Shown: positions 43,863-54,300 of the stretch, piece after piece | Position numbering within the stretch: the first letter of the stretch is position 1 | Layout: the number at the start of each line of letters is the position of its first letter | NCBI GenBank assembly: GCA_018221205.1 | Contig: JAAOYF010000046.1 | Span: 1,999 to 65,998 of the forward strand | Direction of reading: 5' to 3' | Origin: Candidatus Woesearchaeota archaeon | GTDB taxonomy: Archaea; Nanobdellota; Nanobdellia; Woesearchaeales; WJIZ01 | DNA length: 64,000 nucleotides | Program-made: the position numbers and the translations under genes | The notes under the pieces: model-generated | Databases searched by the model: none | What the model saw: only the letters and a program-made list of their open reading frames with translations | Told to the model about the DNA's origin: nothing

Positions 43863-45041
43863 ATGAGGTATATCTTTTTTCTTCTTGCTTTAGTTCTTTT
43901 ATCTAGCCTTGTTTCTGCATCGTCTGCTATGGGAGTGGCTCCTTCTAGCCATAATCTTATCTATACTGGAGCGAAAATCATTGAAGGATCGTATTTTGTC
44001 TATCCTGACGAAGAAAAGAATGTCAGATCTTATGGTGTAGGGGATCTGAAAGAATATCTTACACTTAATGATGGGGAGACTGAAATCAGACAGCGCATAA
44101 GTGAACCTACTGAAATCAAGTATAGGTTGGAATTACCTGAGAACCTGAAGCCTAAAGACTACCGCTTAAAGATTGTCAATAGCCAATTCTTGTCTGATGA
44201 AGACAAGTTGGTAGGGGGGTTTGCCACTGCTTTTGCTGCGATGTCATTCGTAATCAATGTGAGGGTGCCCAATGAAGGTAAGTTCCTGGAAACAGGGATG
44301 TCGATCAAACCCGAAAAGATAACTGTAGGAGATAGCATTCTCTTTTCCGTATGGATGCTTAACTTCGGCACTGAGGATCTGACAGACCTGCAGACTGAGA
44401 TACGGGTGAGAGACCCTCAAGGGGTGCTCCTTGCACGACTGCCTACTTGGGACATAGCCCTGCTTGAGCCTGCGCAACGTACAGGCGTGAATGTACTATG
44501 GAAGTCTGAGGGCCATGGTTCGGGTATTTACCGCGCTGAAGCAGAGATCGATTATGGAGGAAAGAATCCTGCACTCACAACGACAGGATTTCGCATCGGA
44601 GACATCTTCATCGAAATTCTCAATATCACTTCTGAATTGAACAGCACCATCGCCAAGATTGATGTGCATGTCAGGAGCAACTGGAATGAAGAGATCAAGA
44701 ATGTCTATGCAGAGCTTAAAGTGAAGCAAGGCGAACAGATCTTTGATACGATACGGACAAGTTCAGTCAATCTGCCGGCGTGGGGAGAAGATGTCCTGAC
44801 AGGATTCTGGGAGCGCGGACAATTGAAATCAGGAGATTACCTTTTGGAGATATTCGTCTATTATTATGATAAATATACGCAAGAGACAAAATCAGTAACG
44901 CTTGATGCTCTTGGGCAACCACTCACCAAGGAGCAGAACAACAACTTCACCATCATCATCATAGTCTTCCTTGCCCTTATCCTGATCCTCAACATTCTTT
45001 GGTTCTTCCACAGCACAAGAAAAAAACACAAGAAACGATGA
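43863..45041 (+). CDS. Ig-like beta-sandwich surface protein with a signal peptide and a C-terminal TM helix plus basic tail (paralog of 34664)
   Basis: N-terminal MRYIFFLLALVLLSSLVSASSA and C-terminal FTIIIIVFLALILILNILWFFHSTRKKHKKR. Confidence 0.65.
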   Translation: MRYIFFLLALVLLSSLVSASSAMGVAPSSHNLIYTGAKIIEGSYFVYPDEEKNVRSYGVGDLKEYLTLNDGETEIRQRISEPTEIKYRLELPENLKPKDYRLKIVNSQFLSDEDKLVGGFATAFAAMSFVINVRVPNEGKFLETGMSIKPEKITVGDSILFSVWMLNFGTEDLTDLQTEIRVRDPQGVLLARLPTWDIALLEPAQRTGVNVLWKSEGHGSGIYRAEAEIDYGGKNPALTTTGFRIGDIFIEILNITSELNSTIAKIDVHVRSNWNEEIKNVYAELKVKQGEQIFDTIRTSSVNLPAWGEDVLTGFWERGQLKSGDYLLEIFVYYYDKYTQETKSVTLDALGQPLTKEQNNNFTIIIIVFLALILILNILWFFHSTRKKHKKR

Positions 45042-45451
45042 AAAAAAGGAATTTTTATGTGTTTATTGTGGTGATCATTGTTCTGGTAACTTTGACTACT
45101 CTCTTCTTCATGGAGAGCAACAGGATTATCCAAGTCACTAGATTCCCTATGGATGTGACCTTGACCCATAATGATATCATGGGCATCAATGCTGATCCAG
45201 GGGCATTCCATTTTGGATCTTTCAAACCCGGCCAGCATGCTGGGCGGAAACTTGAGATAAAAGATATCCACGAAGAGGTTACTGTAATCATCTCAACCAA
45301 GGGAGAGATGGGGAAATGGCTGACTTATGACAATAATTTTCCGATGCGAGAAGGGGATAGCAAAAACATTTCCCTTACACTTATCACTCCTTCACATGCA
45401 TCTCTAGGTAATTATTCGGGAGAAGTCATCATTGTATTGAGAAAGAGGTAA
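45038..45451 (+). CDS. Small membrane protein with an N-terminal TM helix and a beta-rich domain
   Basis: ATGA overlap with the upstream stop (45038-45041). MKKRNFYVFIVVIIVLVTLTTLFF then a beta-rich domain (GEVIIVL). The ORF-track start at 44999 would overlap the upstream gene. Confidence 0.45.
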   Translation: MKKRNFYVFIVVIIVLVTLTTLFFMESNRIIQVTRFPMDVTLTHNDIMGINADPGAFHFGSFKPGQHAGRKLEIKDIHEEVTVIISTKGEMGKWLTYDNNFPMREGDSKNISLTLITPSHASLGNYSGEVIIVLRKR

Positions 45452-45483
45452 TTTTATATATTTCTTCACCATCAGAGGAGATA

Positions 45484-46308
45484 ATGAAAAAGAGGTATTT
45501 GTTCATTTTTGCAGTATTATTAGTCATCATAGCATGTGAGGAGCAGGAAGAGTACTCCCTTTGCCCAGATGGCATCACTCAAGTCCTTGATCTCAATGAA
45601 TGTCCTTTGCCAAAGCCCCAATGCGGCAGCTGCGATGATGGAAATGAATGTACGAGGGATATCTGCAATGAAGGAACGAATTACAGCTGTACGTATGATC
45701 TCATCAAACCCTGTGTAGGCAATGGGATCTGCGAGTCTGGAGAGTATCCAGGGGGAATAGACTGCCCAAACAACTGTGAAGATACAGATTCATGCACTCT
45801 GGACAGCTTTGATTTCGCACAGCAGAAATGTATCCATAATTCCATCACCCCTTGCTGCGGGAATGATAAATGTGAAGCCGGTGAAACGTTTGTGTATTGC
45901 CCTGTCGACTGTGAACAGAGGCTTTCTCTTAAAATAACCAATTTTGACCGAAGACAATATGTTTCAGGAGCGTTTATCGATCTGACAGGTACAGACCGCA
46001 CCTATCTTATTGTCACCTTCAAGATCCACAATATCAATATTGATGAAGAAGAAGAGCTTAACTTTGATGTAAAAAATGGCTTTTTGTACGATCCTTTCAA
46101 GATGAGGATAGAAGACGAAAACCAGAGATATTATGATGTCGAGTATGACTCAAATCTTTTGCCAGGGTACTTAGATTATATCATCATCCAAAGGGGCGGG
46201 ACAAAGGGCGCTTCTTTGATGTTTACCATACCTCTTTCTGCACAGCATGTCAGGATGATCGCGTATGATAGATTTGGAAGCAGACTGGACACTGCTGATC
46301 TTTATTAA
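45484..46308 (+). CDS. Secreted Cys-rich protein with a C-terminal DUF4352-like beta-sandwich
   Basis: Signal/lipobox-like MKKRYLFIFAVLLVIIAC. A ~110-aa region holds about 20 Cys (CGSCDDGNECTRDICNEGTNYSCTYD...CCGNDKCEAGETFVYCPVDCE). The C-terminal TYLIVTFKIHN...GASLMFTIPLSAQHVRMIAYD resembles DUF4352. Confidence 0.5.
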   Translation: MKKRYLFIFAVLLVIIACEEQEEYSLCPDGITQVLDLNECPLPKPQCGSCDDGNECTRDICNEGTNYSCTYDLIKPCVGNGICESGEYPGGIDCPNNCEDTDSCTLDSFDFAQQKCIHNSITPCCGNDKCEAGETFVYCPVDCEQRLSLKITNFDRRQYVSGAFIDLTGTDRTYLIVTFKIHNINIDEEEELNFDVKNGFLYDPFKMRIEDENQRYYDVEYDSNLLPGYLDYIIIQRGGTKGASLMFTIPLSAQHVRMIAYDRFGSRLDTADLY

Positions 46309-46309
46309 G

Positions 46310-46358
46310 GAGATTTTTGCCCGCTCACTTCGTTCACTCTAAAAATCTCGTAAAATGC
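46310..46358 (+). repeat. Conserved palindromic intergenic element, copy 2 (GAGATTTTT-gcccgctcacttcgttcactct-AAAAATCTC-GTAAAATGC), followed by a GGAGC-tac-GCTCC hairpin
   Basis: Starts 2 nt after the stop of the 45484 ORF. Aligns with 35902-35949 over ~48 nt, and the 9-nt inverted repeat is perfectly conserved. Confidence 0.6.
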
Positions 46359-46411
46359 GGGGGACATTCGGAGCTACGCTCCTCAATTCCCCTACCGCTG
46401 TTTCTGGTATT

Positions 46412-46484
46412 GTTTACTCATATATATTTACTTTAGGGTAATATTTATAAATAGATATACTTATATGTATATACTAGATGCCTA
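46412..46484 (+). promoter_or_regulatory. Degenerate TACTTA...TAGG motif copies upstream of, and overlapping, the cassette-3 regulator start
   Basis: TTTACTCATATATATTTACTTTAGGGTAATA and ATACTTATATGTATATACTAGATGCCTAGG, the latter spanning the ATG at 46478. Confidence 0.45.
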
Positions 46485-46951
46485 GGAATCTGAGAAAAGA
46501 CAAGCGTTTTCTGCAAATTAGAGAGCTTTTAGAGCAGCTTGAGAAGGATTATGGGATAAGTAAAAAGGAGATTCTTGAGATTTCTGAAGACATCCTGATT
46601 CCGGTCTCGCTTTATTCTTCTGGATTGAGCTCTCTGGAGATCATTGTCAAATATCTGAAGGAGGGCAAGCAGTTTTCTCTTTCAACAATCGCGAAGCTTA
46701 CTGGTAGAAGCAAGCAAGGAGTATGGCAGTCTCTTTCACATGCCCGTAAGAAGCATCCTAAAGCATTCGTTTCTGATGCATCGCCTTATGATTTTCCTGT
46801 TTCCATAATCTCAGACAAGAAACACTCTGTTCTTGAGTCTATTGTCGTGCACCTCAAGGAAGCACATAGCTTGAGCTATGCACAGATTGCTAGACTGTTG
46901 AACAGGGATCAACGAACAGTGTGGACTGTATACAACAAAGTGAAGAAATGA
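46478..46951 (+). CDS. Cassette-3 regulator with tandem sigma-70 r4 / HTH_10-like HTH units
   Basis: LSSLEIIVKYLKEGKQFSLSTIAKLTGRSKQGVWQSLSHARKK and HSVLESIVVHLKEAHSLSYAQIARLLNRDQRTVWTVYNKVKK. Confidence 0.65.
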   Translation: MPRNLRKDKRFLQIRELLEQLEKDYGISKKEILEISEDILIPVSLYSSGLSSLEIIVKYLKEGKQFSLSTIAKLTGRSKQGVWQSLSHARKKHPKAFVSDASPYDFPVSIISDKKHSVLESIVVHLKEAHSLSYAQIARLLNRDQRTVWTVYNKVKK

Positions 46952-48075
46952 GCTCAACTGAAAGATTGCGGACGGAGAAAGAGCAGCTGCAAGAGAGCAT
47001 CATGAAGTGTGAACAATATCTCACTCAACTGGATCAGCGGCTCAATACCCTCACCAAGCAACTCGAGAATAAAGAGATAGATGAGCTTAGCTATACCATG
47101 CTCACCTCTACTTCACTAGGTGGACGGTCGTTCGGGCACTATATCTATCACTATGAAGACCTTATCAAGGGCTATCAGGAAAGGATAGCTAAGATAGATA
47201 AGAAGGTCAAGCATAAAAATACGACAGTCATCAGTGTTGCGGCTATCTTTGTTGCTATCATGCTCTCGAGCCTCTTCCTTAATTCAGATATCACTGGCCA
47301 GATCACTTTCAGCGTCATCGAGGCGCTTTCAGATCCTATCGAAAGGGAGTTCAATGAGAGTGTGAGAGTACCCTTAGATAATACGCAGGCCCTGAATACG
47401 TTCACCATGACCGGAAAGTATAATGGAACAGGGTTCTTGCGTATCTATCTTGATTCTCCGCGACAGTCTTACTTAGTGTACGGTACAGATGATCCTTCAA
47501 CATTCAAGGATGAATGCGGACAGGCCTGTTATCTGCAGCCCGAGGACAACTATACGCTGAGGATACAGCTTTCAGGACAAGGAAGCGTAAAAATTGAGAA
47601 AGTTACGTATCTCTTCTCTGAATTGAGAGAATTCACTCTCGAGCCAGAGGTGGCGATCCATAATCTGACAGACAATAGGTTCATCAAGGGCAGCTTTGAC
47701 CTTGTATCAAAGAGGGGAAGAGACTTCAGTGTTGCGCTCTATGGTGAGGGGCAGTTAGCAGATTATCTCACCCTCTACACTTCTTATGCAGACTTCAGGT
47801 CAAGTCCAGAACAGAAGATATCCTATGATCTTGATCTGCCGCTGCAGATGGCACCAGGTACGTATACCAGCAAGATTATCGTCAAATACCTGCCAAAAGA
47901 CAAGTTCTCTGGCAAGACTCCTGAAGAGGTGCATGATATTGTCGTCAATATAAGGGGGAGGGAAGAAGCAGCAGAGGAAGGCTCCTACCTCTCCATACTC
48001 TTCACTATCCTTATCGCTCTTTTCGGTATCAATCTGATCTATTTCCTCTATCGGAAGCTCTTTCTTAAAAAATAG
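46948..48075 (+). CDS. Ig-like membrane protein with a cytoplasmic coiled-coil N-terminus, an N-terminal TM with post-TM DITG motif, and a C-terminal TM plus basic tail (paralog of 34664 and 43863)
   Basis: ATGA overlap with the regulator stop (46948-46951), and the ORF track starts at 46921. VISVAAIFVAIMLSSLFLNSDITGQITF, GQLADYLTLYTSYADF (cf. GELAEYIGIKDSLMTV in the 34664 ORF) and C-terminal SILFTILIALFGINLIYFLYRKLFLKK. Confidence 0.6.
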   Translation: MSSTERLRTEKEQLQESIMKCEQYLTQLDQRLNTLTKQLENKEIDELSYTMLTSTSLGGRSFGHYIYHYEDLIKGYQERIAKIDKKVKHKNTTVISVAAIFVAIMLSSLFLNSDITGQITFSVIEALSDPIEREFNESVRVPLDNTQALNTFTMTGKYNGTGFLRIYLDSPRQSYLVYGTDDPSTFKDECGQACYLQPEDNYTLRIQLSGQGSVKIEKVTYLFSELREFTLEPEVAIHNLTDNRFIKGSFDLVSKRGRDFSVALYGEGQLADYLTLYTSYADFRSSPEQKISYDLDLPLQMAPGTYTSKIIVKYLPKDKFSGKTPEEVHDIVVNIRGREEAAEEGSYLSILFTILIALFGINLIYFLYRKLFLKK

Positions 48076-48094
48076 TAATATTTTTAAAGGAAAG

Positions 48095-48132
48095 GTATCA
48101 AAATGATATATAAAGTATATCAAAATGATATA
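48095..48132 (+). promoter_or_regulatory. Direct repeat (TATCAAAATGATATA x2) in the promoter region of the RHH gene
   Basis: gtatcaaaatgatata at 48095-48110 and gtatatcaaaatgatata at 48115-48132, ending 14 nt upstream of the ATG at 48146. Confidence 0.4.
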
Positions 48133-48145
48133 CTAGTATGCATAG

Positions 48146-48328
48146 ATGAAGAAAAGCGACTTGCTCCACATCCGTGTGGGCAAAGAGATGAAGAAGCAGA
48201 TACAGAAGCTGATAGAGATAGGGCTGTTTTCTACTGAAGCTGAAATCGCACGCGAAGGCATACGAAGCATTCTCCTGAAATATCTGAAAGAGGCTGGTCT
48301 CGAAAAGAAGAATGATAAAAAGAAATAG
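48146..48328 (+). CDS. CopG-family ribbon-helix-helix DNA-binding protein
   Basis: MKKSDLLHIRVGKEMKKQIQKLIEIGLFSTEAEIAREGIRSILLKY matches the CopG pattern (beta-strand; ..ekid.lve.G.f.sRSEaIReAir..l). Confidence 0.55.
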   Translation: MKKSDLLHIRVGKEMKKQIQKLIEIGLFSTEAEIAREGIRSILLKYLKEAGLEKKNDKKK

Positions 48329-51300
48329 GGCTAAGAAGTTCGTCGAAGAAGCTTTAGATAGAGGCCACTCTCTCAAAGATATCAAACTAGTGATGGATAA
48401 GAGAGGATACTCGCGGCAGGAAATCAAACAGGTTGTGCAAGAGTATGAGCATCCGTGGAAAATATCAAACAATACTCTTGCAGTCTTTGTCATTGTGCTA
48501 GCGCTCGGCTCTCTTCTGGGGAATTATTATCTTCTACAATCAATGGAAGCTCCTGAGCCAGAGGTAACAGCTATGGTCAGCATAGCCCGCGCCACTTTCT
48601 GCGTGAATGCGGGACCTACCATCAATACATCAGACTGCAATGCTACTGCCTCAGTCAATACTCCTTATGACTGTGAAATAAATGCCACTGATACAGATAT
48701 CGGAACAGCGTATAATTTTACTGACAATACAACCCTTTTTGATATCAATTCAACAACAGGAGAGATCAATTTCACCCCCACAATCGGAGATATCGGCAGT
48801 TATCACATCAATTTCAGTGTTTTTGACGGCAGCGGCTGCAGCAATGAGTATATATCGAGCATATTCAACCTGACCATCTCGTTGGATTGCGGCAGCAAAC
48901 AAGCCCCTCAATTCACTGACCTTGGAACAACATATAATTTCTCAAGAAAGGAGAATCTCTCGCTCTATATCAACGCAAGTGATCCTGATAATGATAGCAT
49001 CACTATCAATGCCGAATTAGTGAGTTCCAACGCTTACACACCGTTCAATGTCTCGGAAATCCTCAATGGCAACTGGATCAATTTCACTCCCACCATAGCA
49101 CATGTCGGCTGGCACCTGTTCAATATCTCGGTAACAGATAACAGCAGCTGCCAGAATGACACGAGCTGGCAGCTTGTCAATGTCACTGTCTGGGCCAATA
49201 ATTCCGCTCCTCAATATATCGGCTCATCAGGAGATCTAGATTATACGCTGAATGAAGATACCACTGTCAATAATGTCTATAATCTAGACGACTATTTCAA
49301 CGATTCAGATGGAGACTGCCTGAAATATGAGATATCCTATTCAGTAGCCAACCCAATCCTCAATATCGTTGTCAACAACAATGATGATCCACGCGACCTG
49401 AGCAGCTGCCCTTCAGACCATCTGGTGACGCTTATACCTTCTCCAAATCAATTCGGCACTGTGATAGCATTCATCATCGCCAATGACACGTTAAATGTCT
49501 CTGAAATTGTCACGGTCACCTTCACTATCCTCAATGTGGCTGAAGTGATCAGCTTACCTACTCCTAGCAGCGGAGGCGGTGGAGGAGGACCGACGCTGAA
49601 CTTATGTAACGAGCGATGGACCTGTACACCATGGAACCAGAGCGAATGCGTCAATGGATTCATGACCAGGGAATGTGATGATCTCAATGACTGCCACACC
49701 ACGAAGTTCCAGCCGAATGAGACAAAGATATGCCAATATATCGACCACTGCAGTGATGGTGTGAAGAATTTTGATGAGGATGGAGTGGACTGCGGCGGGT
49801 CATGTCAGGCAAGCTGCTCGACCTGTTTCGATGCAGTCATGAACTGCCATAAATTAGTGAATGGAACACAGATCTGTGAAGAAGGTGTGGACTGTGGCGG
49901 ACTTTGTCAGGCCTGTTCATTAGCAGATCTAGTGGGCAAGATCGATCTGGAAAAGGAGCCTTTGAGCCCGACCCAGCAGACCTTCAGATGGCTCATGTTT
50001 TGGATCCTCCTTTTCATCGTATTGGCAATTCTCACCTATTGGACTATCAAGAAGATGCAGCCGCCGAAAAAGAAGAGCGAGCAAGAAGAGGTCAAGAAAT
50101 TCAGCGCACTCTGGTGGCTGAGACTGATACAGCGCCATAGACAGGATGTACGGACGACCCAGCTTGAGCTTATGGCAAGACCGAGCAAACTCACCCTGTT
50201 CTGGGAGAAGGCTACCTTCTTCTGGCCGCGGAAGGCACCGGATTACATCCCAAACCTTGATCAGAAAATCAAAACTCTGCGGAAGAAGGTGAGCAAGAAT
50301 GATAATGAGCATGTCGCCAAGAAGCTTGGAGAGTACATGAAGCTCTGGCTTGCCCATGACTTCAACATAGAATATTCAGCAACTTATGAAGAATTGAGCC
50401 AGGAGATGAGAGAACGGAAGAAGAAAGAGCTTATCCATGGCAAGATTGAACCGTTCTTCGATGATCTGGTGAAAGCAGAGTTCAGCGGACGGCAGATAGC
50501 TGACAAGAAGATGAGAAGTCTTATCACCACCGCCTTGTCTATCATGACCTTCAGGCCCAAGCCGAGGAGGCAGACCCCTGTTGTCGCGAGCATCGTGGTC
50601 ATCCTTGCTTTATTGGGAGCTATGTTCCTGCAGCCTGATATCACTGGATTATTCACGTTTACCCAAGAGCAAAGCATCGATGTCTTTATGCAATTCAATG
50701 CATCTGGCACGCTGCCATTGGATATTATCGGTGCTGACAGCATCAGCATAGACGGCTGGATATCGCAGGATGCAGAGATATATATCTACGCCGGAGACAG
50801 CATTGTCCTGGACAGCTCGTTGCTGAAAAAAGGAAAGACACCGACCAGAACCGATGTCAAGATCCCCTTTACAGAAGGAATAAAGCAGATAGATGCGAAG
50901 ATCGATTATGGGGACAGTGCATGGGATCCTGACAATGACGGCGTGGAACCTATTGAAAATGCTGTCGATGTCAGTGTCAAAGGAAGCCTGTTCAACGGAA
51001 TCGATGATAAGGGCAAGCTCTGTACCTTATGGGAGATCGAGAATGATGCAAAAAGCTTCATCTGCAACGGCAATGTTGACTGCTGCGCACTTCTTGAGAC
51101 CCTTCCTGAAAACGATGAGTGGGACGAGCCTTTATTCTTGAGTTATGGCAAACACGGCGCGAAAGAGGAAAACATTGTCTGGGCAAGGATATATTATATA
51201 AATTACAACCTTGATCCAGAAAATGCCTATTCAGAGATTGTCGAGTCTGAACAGGAATCTATCAGCGTCTACTTCGAGCCCTCAACTATAGGCTTCGAGA

Positions 51301-54300
51301 AAGAATGCGTCGAAAGCTGCTCTTTCACCTTTGATCGGAAAGAGTTGAAGATAGAACTCATGAAAGGAGAGCTATTCATCGAAAAAGTCCATTATGGCAA
51401 GCGTATAAATGCACCTCCCCTGGTAAGGGCACTTCCGAATATCAGCTCTGACATCAACAAGGAGATCATCATCAATCTCAAGGATTACATAGAAGATGCT
51501 GAGAACGATTCTTTGAGCTATGCGATAACAGGCCTCAGAGATTTCATCATCGCCTATGAAGGAGATCTTCTGCGTATCACTCCTCCTGAGGATTATGAAG
51601 GACAATCTACAGTATTCATCATCGCCAATGACTCTACTTCTATCGGTGTCTCTAATCTCTTTGATATCACTGTAAGGAAGATCTTGGAGGAAACTGTCCA
51701 AGAGAAAGCTGAAGTCGGCAAGCCGGTGAAATGGATCAAGAAAGTGCATGCTTACAACAAGTCAATCATCAAGCTTGATCACGTCCCCATGAACGTCACT
51801 GTACAAGGCATTGAAGGCCTCTCAAAGAGGACACTGCACAAGATCACTGTCAAAGACCAAGATCGATTCATCCCGCTCCAAAATTATCTGCGAGCACCTC
51901 AAGTTGTCGGTGTGGCAGCTGCTGAGGATGACCTCCTCCCTGCTGAACTCATGATAGATGAAGATATCCAAGAAATCGAGATAGAGTATTATACAGAAGC
52001 GCCTGAATTGATCGAAGAAGAAGTGACGACATCACTCAAGAAAGTGGTCATCAGTTCTCCTGTCCATTATGAGAACATCACTGCCTTTACTGCTATCGAT
52101 GACAAGCCTCGTTCTGCCATCCATCTCTTCAGGACAACTGACGGCATACGGGAGAAAGTCAGTTTCGAGGCATTTGATGAGAATGCCAACGGTCTGATCG
52201 ATAAGATAGAATGGATTGTCCCGCACCTGAGCAACCAGACTTATGAAGTGGAGATCTCGGTATTGAATGTGCAGAGCTATCCTACTGTCGGAGGGATATG
52301 GGAGGTACGATTCAACACCACAGGCAAGGCAAACCTGACGATAAGCGCGATCAATAACACACTCTACGGAAGCTCGTTGCCGAATGATCTCCTCCCTGAT
52401 GAGCTGCAATGCGGCTTCACTGATCTGAACTATACATGGGAGGGCAATGATGTCACCTACAATGATTATGAATGCAACCAGACAGGATATTGGAAGGTCA
52501 TTGTTCTGACTGAAGGGGTCCATAACCAGCAGTTCACTTTCGGTGATGCTGTCGCGTATGCAAACAATCTCGCAAGCGTGAACGGCACAGGCGGGAATCT
52601 GACTGTCTGGGACGACTCCGACTTAGGAGAGGTCTTTGCTACAGACAATGTCACGTTCTCTGTCAACTATACCAACGGATTCCAGATATCAAATGGCACA
52701 TGCGAAGTCGAGTTCAATCTCACCGGCAGCTATCAGAACAAGACGAATATGACCTATAATGGGGTAGCGTCTCCCTGGACCTACAACAGAAGTATCCCTT
52801 ACAAAGGCACGAGCTATTTCCATGTCATCTGCCAGAATGCGACCATGCCGACACTCAATGTGACAGACAGTGTCTACATCAACAATACCTCACCTACCTT
52901 CAATAAATCCGCAGGCAAGCTTCCTTCTCTCGTTTGTGTCGAGGATACACCCTGCGAATACAATATGAGCAAATATGTCATCGATCCAGACCTTAATGAT
53001 GATTTCACTTTTGACTACGGTGCTTTATCGATACGAAACCTTACCGAGCATCCGGACTGCAGCAATTGCTGGGTATTCAATTTCGATCATGGTAAGTTTA
53101 TCGTCAATGTCACCACCTCTGACCATGCTAATCAGACGCCTTGGAGCCCTGTCGTGAGTGTCCTTGATTCTGATGGGGGCTCTGATTCTGCTACTGTTGA
53201 TATCTCAATGAGTGAGGTGAATGATTATCCAGTCTTCACTAATCCATCTGGGATAAGCCTCACTGATGCGACTGCAGAATCTGTCTATAATTATGATGTC
53301 GATGCGACAGATGAAGAAGATATCACGACAACAGATTATAATTTCACCATACTCAGCTGCCAGCAGGTGTATCTTTCAGACTGCTCTGCACTGAACGTCA
53401 GCATCAACAGGACAACAGGCATTATCTCAGGAACGCCCGGAACGTTTGATCCCGGTAACTATACACTTAATCTGAGCACCACTGATAATGATACTGCTAT
53501 AACCTGGAAGCTAGTCAATCTGTCTGTCATCGATGTCAATAACGCGCCTGTCTTTGATCTTGTCTGCGCCGGCTCCCGGTCTGCCCTTGAAGACAGCGCA
53601 TTCAATTGCACGATCAATGCATCTGACGCTGATGCCGATCCTTTGACCTTCGGTTCCAATTACAGTTGGTTCACTCTTGATAGCACTGGAGCGAGAAGCG
53701 TCTTAGCGAACTTCACCCCGACCAATGCAGAAGTCGGCAATTATACCATCAAGCTGAATGTGACTGACGGATTGCTGACAACAAGCACGTTCATCAATTT
53801 CTCGGTGAACAATACAAATGATGTCCCTTATATGCTTAACATCACCAATCAGCTGGCTGTTGTCAACATCGACTTCAGGAGGAATGTAAGCGGGCATGAC
53901 GATGACCTGTATCAGCCCTATAATATCTTCAACGCAGTCGGGGATACGTTGAGCTTCACCATCAACCTCAGTTTTATGAGCATCACGAAAATCAACGCTA
54001 CTTCGGCGACGATGAATTTCACTCCAGCATCAGGCCAGGAAGGGAACTACTCTGTCCTGGTCAATGTCTCAGACAACGCAGGAACGTATGGCATCACCAC
54101 ATTCAATCTGACCATCAGGAACAACACTGCCCCTATCATCAAATGGATCTGTGACAATGACAGGATCATCCAGGAGGAGGAAGTATTCAAATGCTGGGTG
54201 AATGCCACTGATATCGATGGAGACAATTTCACGTTCTCGACGAACGGCACGTGGTTCAATATCAATGCAACATCTGGAAATGTCAGTATGATCCTCAATG

